Below are positions 17,940-27,929 of a stretch of 55,942 nucleotides of DNA, in pieces. The position numbers were made by a program, and so were the translations under genes. The stretch lies in assembly GCA_018992685.1 (NCBI GenBank), contig JACVGT010000038.1, positions 1-55,942 of the forward strand, in the 5' to 3' direction. Source of the stretch: Theionarchaea archaeon (GTDB lineage Archaea > Methanobacteriota_B > Thermococci > Methanofastidiosales > SZ-28-30). Below the pieces are notes generated by a model. The model made no database searches, was not told where the DNA came from, and saw nothing but the letters and a program-made list of their open reading frames with translations. Position 1 is the stretch's first letter; each line of letters starts with the position of its first letter.

Positions 17940-19121
17940 CTACCGGAATTTTCTCTGCAACGCTCTTGAAGCTCTCTTCCATGGTTTGCTCTTGGTGATG
18001 ACTGCGCCATACTTTATGAAGAGAAGCATGATGACTGCAGCCGCAACGCCGAATCCTGCCAGCGCACTATAGTGTTCTGACGTCACCTGTTCAGGGATCT
18101 TGAATGCATTCCAGAATATCCAGCCCGCCACAGCAAGCACAACGGCTCCTCCAATCCCCCAGCTTACCTTCCGATAGGTCTCGCTCCACCGTAATTTGGA
18201 GGCATACTGAGCAGACCCACCACTTATGATGGCAACTGCGACCAAGGGAATCAGTACACCAATACCGTAGATGACAGCCAGAGCCATCCCTTCAGCAAGG
18301 TCTCCTTTAAGGATGATGCTCTCAACAACCAAGCCAAGCGCAGGAATTGCACAGGGGAGCTTGACAGGTGCAAAAAGAATTCCAAAGATGAATGCTCCAA
18401 AATAGCCCTTTTTTCCTACAGTACCCTCGAGGATCCGTTCGAAAAATCTCTTTGTAGATATGGGAAGCTTCACAAACTCAAATGCATAGTTGAATTGGTT
18501 TATCCCCAGAATGAGAACAATATAGGCTAGTACCAGCGAAACGTAAAAACGCACAGTGGATGCAGTCCCCCCTGTGAGGGAGTAAGATCCTACGCCCAGC
18601 AGGACTGCCATCACCATGAAGACCGTTATTAGTCCCAATCCAAAAGATAATGCAGTAAAGAGGATGTTTGCGAATCTGCTCTGTCTGCTGGTCACCATGG
18701 CAAACATGAAGGCTGCCACTGCCAGAACGCACGCTGTAGTACCAGACAGGATTCCAAAGAGCAGCGTCAGGAACCGGATGGAATCATCTGATTCTTGTTC
18801 CGGGCCTTCCCCCTCAATGGCTGCTATCAGACTCTCCTTGGTGATTTCTTCAGATTCGAGCTTGATTTCATTGACTGCCACAGCAGGAGTCAGTGTAAAC
18901 CCAAAGCTCTTGAACTCATTCCATCCCTCTCTGGTGGTGACATCGATCCTTCTGATTGTTAAATCGTCGCCGTATTCGGCCTCCAACTCGTCCAGCCATT
19001 CGTCAACCTGTGCACAGAAATCACAGCCAGGAGTATGAAAGAAGACTATCTCGATTTTCTCTGCCGCTACAGGGACCAGCAACAGCCCGGTGAGAATGAT
19101 GAATATGACCAGCTTCTTCAT
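17940..19121 (-). CDS. Thioredoxin-fold plus CcdA/DsbD-like membrane protein
   Basis: Signal peptide, CDFC motif, and a multi-TM domain with two Cys (TTACV, KLPCA). Confidence 0.8.
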   Translation of the reverse strand: MKKLVIFIILTGLLLVPVAAEKIEIVFFHTPGCDFCAQVDEWLDELEAEYGDDLTIRRIDVTTREGWNEFKSFGFTLTPAVAVNEIKLESEEITKESLIAAIEGEGPEQESDDSIRFLTLLFGILSGTTACVLAVAAFMFAMVTSRQSRFANILFTALSFGLGLITVFMVMAVLLGVGSYSLTGGTASTVRFYVSLVLAYIVLILGINQFNYAFEFVKLPISTKRFFERILEGTVGKKGYFGAFIFGILFAPVKLPCAIPALGLVVESIILKGDLAEGMALAVIYGIGVLIPLVAVAIISGGSAQYASKLRWSETYRKVSWGIGGAVVLAVAGWIFWNAFKIPEQVTSEHYSALAGFGVAAAVIMLLFIKYGAVITKSKPWKRASRALQRKFR

Positions 19122-19172
19122 GAGGGGTGATTTGGGAGACTCCTTAAAAAGGTTTACGCATTGGTGCATCCG

Positions 19173-20204
19173 TTACACAATGAGTCTTCTTTTAAATCCA
19201 ATGAGAATACCCCCTGCTGCCAATGCTAAGAACACTGTGGCAAATGCCACCACAATGTCAAGAGATTCGACAATCTCCCAGAATAGGAGCACGGAAGCAC
19301 TCATTACCCCAATTCCTGCACCAGCAAAGTACAACTGGCTCAAAGGCTGGCCATTCAAGAATCTGAACAGATTGATCTGAGCCATGGCCAGAAGGAGTAT
19401 GACAATGTACGATATGGTGATTCCTGACAAGAATAATATGAACAGTGCAGTGTCATAGACGAACCTCCCCTTTAGAGCTGTCAAATAGATAATACCCATA
19501 AAGAGAGGAGCAGAATCCGGAAATTTGGCAAATCCATGGATAAATCCGAGTTTCAATGTGGAAAGAGAATTGAAACTGATAAAATGCGTCCTGGTGTACA
19601 GGTCGATCTTGGTGTAAGAATTGAAGGTGTGCAGTCCTGAATTCAGCAAGTTTATGGCACTGGCAAATCCTAGAAGCGCGGCAGCCAGCCGCAAGTAGGG
19701 CCCGCTATCCAGAATCAGAAAGAGCGGGGTAATTACGGCGAAGATCCCTGCGTAGAACACCAGTGAGCGCAGCATGACATCCAGCTCGTCTCGCGTTGTC
19801 CGGGCTACCTCGCTGATAACGTCAGAGTGCAGGCCCATTAGTGTGGGAGATAGCCCCGATACCATCCCCAGCACGACTGCAAGAACCCAGTAGAACCAGG
19901 GAACACTCCCGTGAAGGGCTTCCATGATATCTGAAAGTTCAATTTCACCTGTCAGTTTCTGTCCTCCTATAACAAGGGCTGGAGTGTAGGTAAATCCATA
20001 CTCTTTGAACTTCTCAAATCCTTCCACTGTTGCTACACTGTACCTAGTGACACGGATAGTTCCTTCATCAGAAAGATGGTCAAGGATGAGAGAAACCTTT
20101 GCACATTGAGGACACCCTTCCTCGTAGAAATAGATAACCTCAGGTTGAGCAGATGCCAGCGGTACAAGGCTTAGAATGATGAATAGCAGGAGCAGTTTCT
20201 TCAT
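19173..20204 (-). CDS. Thioredoxin-fold plus degenerate CcdA-like membrane protein
   Basis: Signal peptide and CPQC motif. The TM domain is paralogous to the neighbour but has no Cys. Confidence 0.75.
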   Translation of the reverse strand: MKKLLLLFIILSLVPLASAQPEVIYFYEEGCPQCAKVSLILDHLSDEGTIRVTRYSVATVEGFEKFKEYGFTYTPALVIGGQKLTGEIELSDIMEALHGSVPWFYWVLAVVLGMVSGLSPTLMGLHSDVISEVARTTRDELDVMLRSLVFYAGIFAVITPLFLILDSGPYLRLAAALLGFASAINLLNSGLHTFNSYTKIDLYTRTHFISFNSLSTLKLGFIHGFAKFPDSAPLFMGIIYLTALKGRFVYDTALFILFLSGITISYIVILLLAMAQINLFRFLNGQPLSQLYFAGAGIGVMSASVLLFWEIVESLDIVVAFATVFLALAAGGILIGFKRRLIV

Positions 20205-20309
20205 ATCACCGGATACTTGAGTTGGCATATAAAAGTTGTCATTGTTCCCTACAGTCTTCACGTGTGCGAGACCCGGGACTATACCGTGTCGAACTCGCGT
20301 TGAATACAG

Positions 20310-20423
20310 GAAAAATAAAAATCGAGGGCCCCGAAATCCAAGGAGCCCATTCTCGGATTCGGCCCCTGGAGGAAAAGGAGAGGATACTGTGTGTCTTCAC
20401 ACTCGGGGCATAATCGCGAGCAC
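20310..20423 (-). ncRNA. Candidate small RNA
   Basis: Own BRE/TATA (about 20459-20444), 5' hairpin, CU-rich linker, long GC hairpin, U-tract. No credible ORF. Confidence 0.4.
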
Positions 20424-20562
20424 TTTTTATTACCATCGTCTCCTATATAAAGCTTTCGGTATGGTCGTAAATCTTACAATTGTCCTACAGATTGAAAGGG
20501 ATTTTCTTGCAGTTTTTTCGCGAATCTCACGATCTGGTAATTCTTGGCCACTCATGAGCTGC

Positions 20563-22542
20563 TCATAAGATCTTCGACCCTGGTTCTGCCGGCTTGTCGG
20601 GGGACAGCAGTGATACCCCACTGGAATCCTGGGCAGCAAGAATCATTCCATTGGATGTGACACCCCTCAGGGTAATTGGCTCAAGGTTGGCAAGAAGCAC
20701 GACCTTCTTTCCCACCAATTCTGAAGGGTCATACCATTGCTTGATTCCTGCCACCACGGTAACAGGCTGTCCAATATTGACAGTCAGCACTACCAGTTTA
20801 TCCGCATTGGGGTGATTTTCTGCTTTGACGATTTCACCCACTCGCAGGTCAAGTTTCTCGAAATGTTCGTAGGGTATGGGTTCTTTCAGTTCCACGTTAT
20901 TCCCTCCATATTTAGCTTTCATTTTCAGAACGAATTCGTCATCTATGGGACTGAACAGCAGTTCAGGAGCGTGAATCGTTGTATCGGAGACAGGAAGGGT
21001 TTCAGCCATGTCCCAGGTACGTGGCTCGAGAAGGTTCAACTGATCCCAGATCTTCTGTGATGTCTCAGGTATGTACGGTTCCAGTAAGATAGCCAGTTTG
21101 GCCACCACATTTGCACAAACGTAAACCGTTTTCTCCCTGGTGTCCTTCCGTTTCCAGGGTTCATGTTCCTGGAAGTACTGGTTTCCCATTCGACAGATTC
21201 CCATGATGGTCTTGAGTGCCGTCTTTAATTCGCATGCTTCCAGAGCCTGTTCTGCTGCTATCACCTGCTGCAGAATGTTCTCGAAAAAGGCTGTGTCATC
21301 TTCATCCAGTTCGTGTTCTGCAATGTGCCCACCCAGGTATCTATGCGCGAAACTCAGGGTACGATACACAAAATTGCCCAGGTTTCCAACCAGTTCAGTA
21401 TTGGTCTTCTCCTGCAGGTCTTCCCAGTAGAAGTCTGAATCCTGTTTTTCCGGCCTGTTAATATACAGGTAGTACCTCCACACATCCGGGGACAGGCCAG
21501 AGGACATAACATCATCGCAGAAGACGCCTATTCCCCTGGACTTGGAGAAAGCTCCTCCTTCATAGGTGATGTATTCGTTCACCGAAATCTGGTGCAGTAG
21601 GGTGTATCCTTCTTTTGTTCCCATCAGGGCAGCAGGGAAAATCACGGTGTGAAAAGGGATATTATCCTTGCCCATGAACTGGTACAAAAGTACATTGTCG
21701 GGATCTTTCCACCACGTTTTCCAGTCCGTGTGCGTTATGTCACAGTACTCCTGGGTGATGGAAATATACCCAATGCATGCGTCAAACCACACGTAGAATA
21801 CCTTGTGCTCCCATTCAGGTAGAGGAACATGGACTCCCCATTCCAGATCTCGAGTAATACACCGGGGTTCCAACCCCTCTTTGATCCAGGCAATGGAGAA
21901 ATTCACTGCATTGGTGGACCAGATAGACTTTCTCTCTTCGATGAAGTCCAGGAGGCGGTCTTCAAACTGGGGGAGATCCAGAAACAGGTGCTGGGTCTTC
22001 TTGATAACAGGTGTTTCTCCGCATATGGCGCATCGTGCATTGATCAGATCCTTGGAGTCGTACACTTTTCCACAGTTTTCACACTGGTCACCCCGTGCGT
22101 TTTCGTACCCACAGTGGGGGCATTCCCCCTCAATGTACCTGTCCGCCAGAAACCGCTCACAGGACGGGCAAAACGTCTGTTCCAGCTCTCTTTCGAAAAT
22201 GTACCCGTTCTCATACAGGGCCAGGAAAATGTGCCTGGTGATCTCGTGCTGGTAGGGTCTGGACGTTCTTCCAAAATGATCAAAGGAAATATTCAACCAT
22301 TCGTAGCTTTCTCTGTGGATTTCATAGTACTTGTCACAGACCTCCTGAGGTGTCATGCCCTCCCGCATAGCCACGGTCTCCGTGGCAGTACCGTGCTCAT
22401 CTGTTCCACAAATATATAGTGTCTCTTCTCCTTTTAGCTTCTTGAACCGGGCAAAAACATCCGCTGACAGCACTGGAATCAGGTTTCCCAGGTGCGGGAT
22501 GTTATTGACGTAGGGTAGGGCTGAAGTTACTAACACTCTCAA
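20563..22542 (-). CDS. metG: Methionine--tRNA ligase with C-terminal tRNA-binding domain
   Basis: TSALPYVN..HLGN, Zn knuckles, FSKS and an OB-fold C-domain. TTG start after GAGGTGA. Confidence 0.95.
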   Translation of the reverse strand: MRVLVTSALPYVNNIPHLGNLIPVLSADVFARFKKLKGEETLYICGTDEHGTATETVAMREGMTPQEVCDKYYEIHRESYEWLNISFDHFGRTSRPYQHEITRHIFLALYENGYIFERELEQTFCPSCERFLADRYIEGECPHCGYENARGDQCENCGKVYDSKDLINARCAICGETPVIKKTQHLFLDLPQFEDRLLDFIEERKSIWSTNAVNFSIAWIKEGLEPRCITRDLEWGVHVPLPEWEHKVFYVWFDACIGYISITQEYCDITHTDWKTWWKDPDNVLLYQFMGKDNIPFHTVIFPAALMGTKEGYTLLHQISVNEYITYEGGAFSKSRGIGVFCDDVMSSGLSPDVWRYYLYINRPEKQDSDFYWEDLQEKTNTELVGNLGNFVYRTLSFAHRYLGGHIAEHELDEDDTAFFENILQQVIAAEQALEACELKTALKTIMGICRMGNQYFQEHEPWKRKDTREKTVYVCANVVAKLAILLEPYIPETSQKIWDQLNLLEPRTWDMAETLPVSDTTIHAPELLFSPIDDEFVLKMKAKYGGNNVELKEPIPYEHFEKLDLRVGEIVKAENHPNADKLVVLTVNIGQPVTVVAGIKQWYDPSELVGKKVVLLANLEPITLRGVTSNGMILAAQDSSGVSLLSPDKPAEPGSKIL

Positions 22543-22689
22543 AAGATCACCTCTGATTTGACTTACGAGAATACTATAAAAAGGTTGCGCAGTTGGCATT
22601 TGACGAATTGAATTGCTCTAGGCGAGTGGCTCGATCTGGCATGGGTTCTGTCACCACTAAACCATTAGCAACCGTTAGGAAGCAGGCAG

Positions 22690-23277
22690 TTACACAAAGT
22701 GCTTTCCTATGATATAAACCTCTGCAGACGACTTGCGGGAGGCTTCAGGTGAGGAAACTTTGGTGTAGGAAAAGTGGGCTTTGACTTTTGCGAAGAAGTC
22801 CTGGGTGCCTTCCCCTTGGAACACTTTCACCAGGAAATTCCCTCGACTACGCAGGAGTTCAACTGCCAGACCAAGGGCTTTTTCAGAAAGTTCAACAGAT
22901 CTGAAGTGATCTACATCCCATATACCAGAGATGTTAGGAGATATATCAGAAATAACCACATCAAAAACTTCTTTTCTCTCTTTAATTGTTGTCAGTATGT
23001 CATTCCTGGTAATATCAGCCTGGAGAGCCTCCACATTGCTTTCTTCAAAAGGGGGAATATTCTGCAGATCAACGCCAAGCACGTACCCTGATTCTCCCAC
23101 GATTTCCCGTGCCACCTGCATCCATCCTCCAGGAGCACATCCCACATCCAGGACAGTATCCCCCTTTCGTATGAGCCCAAATTTCTTGTTCAACTGCATT
23201 AACTTATAGGCTGCCCGAGATCTGTAGCCTTCTTTCTTAGCCCTTCTCCAGTAGCCATCCTTCCTTCTATAAGCCAT
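22690..23277 (-). CDS. rlmE: 23S rRNA Um2552 2'-O-methyltransferase (FtsJ/RrmJ)
   Basis: YRSRAAYKL, DVGCAPGGW, SDISPN, KVFQG, ASRKSSAEVY. Confidence 0.93.
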   Translation of the reverse strand: MAYRRKDGYWRRAKKEGYRSRAAYKLMQLNKKFGLIRKGDTVLDVGCAPGGWMQVAREIVGESGYVLGVDLQNIPPFEESNVEALQADITRNDILTTIKERKEVFDVVISDISPNISGIWDVDHFRSVELSEKALGLAVELLRSRGNFLVKVFQGEGTQDFFAKVKAHFSYTKVSSPEASRKSSAEVYIIGKHFV

Positions 23278-23422
23278 GCAAATTCTAGGGGCTGTCCTAT
23301 TTAAGCATAGGGTCAACAGCCTGAGCATTGACTGGATTCTTCTGGTGTGCCCCGGGCTGCCCGTTGTAACGCCGGTAGTGAACTACCAAAAACCTTATAA
23401 TCCTGGAGAAGACATCCCCCCC

Positions 23423-24217
23423 ATGAACAGAGAGAAATTGGCCCTTTACTGGGACATGATAATGATAACTCTCGCCCTTCTCACGGTCTTTCTCCTCTTC
23501 TACGAGATGACTATCTCTCCCGAAGACGTAGCTCGCGAAGGATTGGAGGAAATCAGAGCCAAAGTTAATCTCATTCACCGATTGGACTTCTGGATATGTA
23601 TGGTGTTCATCGTGGAGTTCTCTGTAAGACTGTGGAAGGAAAAAGACCGAAAAATATTCTTTAAGATGCACTGGCTTGAAATACCTGGGATGATTCCCTT
23701 CACCATCTTCAATATATCACGGACTTTCAGGATCTTGCGATTGTTCCGATTGGTACGGGTATACTCGCTGCTGAAACGATTTTCGAGGCTGTACAAGAAG
23801 CGATTTGTGAAAAATGAGCTCCAGTACGCATTCCTGATTCTCATGACCATTCTCCTGTTATCTGCCTTTGGTGTCTATCTTTTCGAAGGCAGAACGAACC
23901 CAGAGATTGAAAGTGCTGGTGATGCACTCTGGTGGAGTGTGGTGACAGTGACCACTGTTGGGTACGGTGACAAGGTTCCCGTCACTCCGCTTGGAAAGGC
24001 TATTGGGGTCATCTTGATGTTTACCGGCATCGGACTGATTGGTGTCCTTTCAGGGACTATTGCGTCATACTTGATGAAAGGGTTTAGACCAGAAAAGGGA
24101 GAAGATGTGGAGGGTGCGTTGCGTGTTCTGAAGCTCAGGAGAGCGAGAGGAGAAGTGACAGAGGAGCAGTACCAGGAAATCAGAAAGGATCTGGAAGAGA
24201 TGTTAAGGACAAAATAA
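23423..24217 (+). CDS. Voltage-gated-type potassium channel with SHOCT-like tail
   Basis: S4-like FRILRLFRLVR, filter TVGYGD, and LKLRRARGEVTEEQY. Confidence 0.9.
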   Translation: MNREKLALYWDMIMITLALLTVFLLFYEMTISPEDVAREGLEEIRAKVNLIHRLDFWICMVFIVEFSVRLWKEKDRKIFFKMHWLEIPGMIPFTIFNISRTFRILRLFRLVRVYSLLKRFSRLYKKRFVKNELQYAFLILMTILLLSAFGVYLFEGRTNPEIESAGDALWWSVVTVTTVGYGDKVPVTPLGKAIGVILMFTGIGLIGVLSGTIASYLMKGFRPEKGEDVEGALRVLKLRRARGEVTEEQYQEIRKDLEEMLRTK

Positions 24218-24435
24218 GGCACTCAGGCTCCCTCTCGCCTGATTGCCGTCTGTATTTTTTCCTGCAATGTACTCCAGTGGTTCCCTATCCAGAACCTTGG
24301 TAAGAATGCTGCTGTTTCTTGTGGCAGGCTGTCCATATTGTATTTCCGTGATGGGTTTCTGGGAATCGTGCAGTACCGAAAAGTATAAGTATGAGTTTAC
24401 TCACTTTCAAGAAATTACACACTTTACAGAGAAGG

Positions 24436-25056
24436 ATGAGAATGAGAGTGGAAAGGACCTTTCAACATGGGATACCATATACTTTCTCGTTTGATGAGGA
24501 AAAGGTAGTAAATTCTGAGAATGGACACAGGAGGCAGTTCTTAGGCTATGCCAGAAGTCTTCTCAATGGACATTTGCCTGACGGGTTTTCTACTCCACCC
24601 CGTGCTTCGGGAATGCGGTTCCCCATGGTGAAGTCCTACGACATCGACCATCCCCTGAAGGAGTTCGCCAGACACTGTCATAGAATCTCTCTCGAGGGGA
24701 GCAGACATCAGAGAATGCAGACGTTTCTCATGGTATCAGACAGAGCCACTGTAGCCGTGGAGGTACCCGTGTGGATGACACCCAGAGAGTCACAGGTGTT
24801 CGATTCTAACCTCACGGGTCACATTGATCTGATCAGATTGACTGATAAGGTTGAAGTGTGGGATTACAAACCCTATGCATCTCAAGAGATTTTTGCCTGC
24901 TGTCAGGTCTACTGGTACACCCGGATGCTCTCTGCTCGTCTCAGAATCAGCCTCGATGCCTTCAGATGTGGGTTTTTTGATGCAGACAATGTTTATGTCA
25001 TTGAACCCGATTACATTCCCTTTCAAAAAACACTGACAGATTACATCAAATCATGA
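24436..25056 (+). CDS. PD-(D/E)XK nuclease-family protein
   Basis: EVPVW..LTGHIDLIR..VWDYKP..QVYWY. Confidence 0.75.
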   Translation: MRMRVERTFQHGIPYTFSFDEEKVVNSENGHRRQFLGYARSLLNGHLPDGFSTPPRASGMRFPMVKSYDIDHPLKEFARHCHRISLEGSRHQRMQTFLMVSDRATVAVEVPVWMTPRESQVFDSNLTGHIDLIRLTDKVEVWDYKPYASQEIFACCQVYWYTRMLSARLRISLDAFRCGFFDADNVYVIEPDYIPFQKTLTDYIKS

Positions 25057-25274
25057 ACCAGATGGGCTTTCGGAGACGGATATAGGCATCTTCCTTGCTT
25101 TGATTTGACTGAGTCCAATATTCTGAGCGTGCCTCTGTACTCTTCAGGAAGAACGATCAGAAGAGATTCAAGAAGAGAGAATCAAAGATCAAGGGCCAAA
25201 AATCAAAGAGACAGTGTCCACAAGAAAAGTGTACGGTCAACCCAGGCACAAAATGCCTCAATACTTCTCCTCAC

Positions 25275-25649
25275 TTACAGACTCCGGGACACTTCTGCTG
25301 CCGCTGTTTTCATGTCCAGAAACACCATTCCCAACTTGGCATCTTTTTTAACCAAGGCAGTCAACACTGCATTTTCGCCAGAAGCAAGGAGGACTACTGA
25401 ACCATGTTCCCCTCCCACAAATACTTCTGAAAGCTCTCCTCTTTCCAGTTCTCTGGCTGTTTTCTTTCCAAGCAACAGCATGGCAGCAGACAGGGCAGCC
25501 ACCCGATCTTCTTCCATTTCAGGAGGCAACGCTGAAGCAAGCATGAACCCATCCACTGTTATAACAGCTGATGCTTCAATATCTGGCAGGCCAGCTTCCA
25601 GATTCTCCAGAAGAGTTGTCAATACTTCCACCTTGGATAGTTTCACCAT
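25275..25649 (-). CDS. Roadblock/LC7 (MglB-like) protein
   Basis: SAVITVDGFMLAS, RVAALSAAMLLLG..ELERGEL, KLGMVFLDM. Confidence 0.9.
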   Translation of the reverse strand: MVKLSKVEVLTTLLENLEAGLPDIEASAVITVDGFMLASALPPEMEEDRVAALSAAMLLLGKKTARELERGELSEVFVGGEHGSVVLLASGENAVLTALVKKDAKLGMVFLDMKTAAAEVSRSL

Positions 25650-25747
25650 CTCATCAACCTCGCCTTCAGAATGCAGTTAGCCCATATAACGTTTCACCTT
25701 TCAACCTCATAGTGGTCTACTGATTGCAGTCTGTGATTCGTTATTTC

Positions 25748-26272
25748 TCACTCTTTTCTCAAGACGATGAAAGCTTCTCCAGGCAAAAATTCTTTGGAAA
25801 TCAGTTGATACTCATGCGGGACAGGTATCAACTTGAAAAAGCGGGTTTTTCCTTTATAGGCCCTCACTTCTATTGATTCTTCGAGTCTGTCGATTTCGAT
25901 GTTCTCTTCCGGCACATCAACAAGTGTCACCCTGATATACAGATTATCCCCTGCATAATTGACATCTGTTTCAGGTTCTTCTGTCTTGTTGAACTGCCGG
26001 GCTATGTGTTGTCTTTCTGGCTCCGGAGGCTCCAGCGGAAGGCTTTGAGAGAACTCCTCCAAATCGATGGGCGTGACCCTGAAAGCCTGTCGTGTCCCCT
26101 GAATTTCCAGAACCACAACAAAAGAGTCACCTTCTTGCTTTATCACAACCTTCCCCCCAAACATGCGAGCAATATTCATGAAGCTGTCTTCCAATCCCCC
26201 TGCAAAGTCTCCACAGTGGGGACAGAATCCCCAGACATTGTCTATTTCATGTCCGCAATTCCTACATTTCAT
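25748..26272 (-). CDS. Zinc-ribbon plus Hsp20/alpha-crystallin-like protein
   Basis: CRNCG..CPHCG N-terminus and EEPETDV..LEESIEVRA..FFKLI C-terminus. Confidence 0.7.
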   Translation of the reverse strand: MKCRNCGHEIDNVWGFCPHCGDFAGGLEDSFMNIARMFGGKVVIKQEGDSFVVVLEIQGTRQAFRVTPIDLEEFSQSLPLEPPEPERQHIARQFNKTEEPETDVNYAGDNLYIRVTLVDVPEENIEIDRLEESIEVRAYKGKTRFFKLIPVPHEYQLISKEFLPGEAFIVLRKE

Positions 26273-26694
26273 ACGATTCCCTCGAACTTTTTCTTGAGGA
26301 TGAGATATGCCTCTTCAGGTGATGTCGCAGCTCCAACAATGCCTTCGATGGGACACTGGTTATCACCTGTTCTATTCATGATCATGGGCACTACCGTGTC
26401 TGCGTCCCATGATATTTGATTCTCATCCAGCACTGAGACAGCTGGCTCACTAATGACAGGAGTGTACACAGCAGTAATCCCCCTGTATGCACACAGAGAT
26501 GCCACAGCCTTTCCTACAATTCTATCCGCCAGACTTGCGCCGTCCACGTTGTTCCTGACGACAGCGGAGAAGAAGGGGGCTACTCCCTTTTCTTTTGATT
26601 GAGCCAGTACTTTTCTACTTTTCACCATAACAAAAGCCATATTGTTCTCTTCGAATTCCTTCCTGGCATAGTCCAGGTCTCCGCGAGTATTCAT
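26269..26694 (-). CDS. DUF1893/TM1506-like protein
   Basis: LADRIVGKA, VISEPA, IMNRTGDNQCPIE. Confidence 0.8.
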   Translation of the reverse strand: MNTRGDLDYARKEFEENNMAFVMVKSRKVLAQSKEKGVAPFFSAVVRNNVDGASLADRIVGKAVASLCAYRGITAVYTPVISEPAVSVLDENQISWDADTVVPMIMNRTGDNQCPIEGIVGAATSPEEAYLILKKKFEGIV

Positions 26695-26698
26695 CTTT

Positions 26699-27058
26699 CT
26701 AGTCCTCCCATGAGAGTTGAAATCCTCTGGCCCATTCTATATCGTAGTCACTTAAAAAGACTCCCATGAGATCAAGGTTGGTCTTCAGCTCGTGCTCGAT
26801 TTTCAGTTTCAGCTTGCCTCTCCAGGGTTCACCAAAGGTAACAGGGACTGTAACCTGGGCCTTGAGCCAGCCTCCTCTGGATGTTCTGGCAGTGACATAT
26901 ATGATGAAGTGATCGTTCTTTCTGGGAATAGCCTCTTCTCCCCGGGAGTAGAACCATTTGAAGACAGTATATCCATCCTCAGCAGCCAGATCATCTGAAG
27001 TGAAGGGTTTTTTCAGAAGGAATCGGGGTCCTTGATGTGAGGGGGAACGTGGGCTCAA
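26699..27058 (-). CDS. Hypothetical protein
   Basis: 119-aa ORF in the operon, with GAGGTGA RBS and TTG start. Confidence 0.6.
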   Translation of the reverse strand: MSPRSPSHQGPRFLLKKPFTSDDLAAEDGYTVFKWFYSRGEEAIPRKNDHFIIYVTARTSRGGWLKAQVTVPVTFGEPWRGKLKLKIEHELKTNLDLMGVFLSDYDIEWARGFQLSWED

Positions 27059-27067
27059 TCTCTCACC

Positions 27068-27781
27068 TCATTTCTTGAAGAGAACTTCTGCCACATCAGC
27101 TCCGATTCCCACAATGCCTCCTTCAGTAATGCCGTATCTGATCCATCGACGCTCGTGGTCAGAGCCCCTCAGCTTCCGTATCTGCATCATCCTTTCAAAT
27201 TCTTTGGCCATATCTCCCTGCTGGACAGCCATGCGCAGAACTGCGTCTGCGATGAACTCTTCGATAGGGAAAAAGGGAATTCCAGTCATTTCGTTTGCCT
27301 CAGATATCAGGATTGAAGTGGAGGACATGGAGGAAATAACACCAGCCATACGCAAGATTGCAATCCTGCTTTCATACGCATCTCTCACTGCAAAAGAAAT
27401 GATAGTAATCGGATCAACAACAATTCGTTCAGGGAGAATTCGATCCATGAGGAGTCCAATCTCGTGGAGAACTGACCTGACGTCAATATTGTGGCGCATC
27501 ATGATGGGACCCAGATCCATGAAGCTGACCATACCATCTTCCACAAGGGAATTGTCATAAAAATCGAGCTTCTCACAGAATGTCATGGTTTTCGATACAG
27601 GTTCAGAAAGGGTGATGTACGCACCTTTCTCCCCGAATTTCCGGGCTCCATTGAAAAGGAATTGCAGCCCCAGAATCGTCTTACCCACCGCAGGTGGACC
27701 AGACACTACCACTGTGGAACCTCTGTAGAATCCTCCCCCTAGTTTGCTGTCCAGTTCTTCAATTCCAGTTTTTACTCGCAT
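27068..27781 (-). CDS. KaiC/RAD55-like single-domain ATPase
   Basis: KTGIEELD..GGF, GPPAVGKT, RIVVDP, EEFIAD, IRKLRGS. Confidence 0.9.
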   Translation of the reverse strand: MRVKTGIEELDSKLGGGFYRGSTVVVSGPPAVGKTILGLQFLFNGARKFGEKGAYITLSEPVSKTMTFCEKLDFYDNSLVEDGMVSFMDLGPIMMRHNIDVRSVLHEIGLLMDRILPERIVVDPITIISFAVRDAYESRIAILRMAGVISSMSSTSILISEANEMTGIPFFPIEEFIADAVLRMAVQQGDMAKEFERMMQIRKLRGSDHERRWIRYGITEGGIVGIGADVAEVLFKK

Positions 27782-27929
27782 CTTCTCTTTTTTGGCTTTC
27801 CAATATATATAAGCCTTGTGGAGTCACCCAATAGGGGTACTTCAAGGCAGGAACAGCACTCCTAGCCAGTTGATTTCCTCATGAGTGACTGAAGAGTCAG
27901 TTGGAAACCAGGGATGTAAACGATGGTTC

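Noticed and set aside
24436-25056. cas4 assignment
   Set aside because: No Cas4-type Fe-S cysteine arrangement, and it lies 21 kb from the array.
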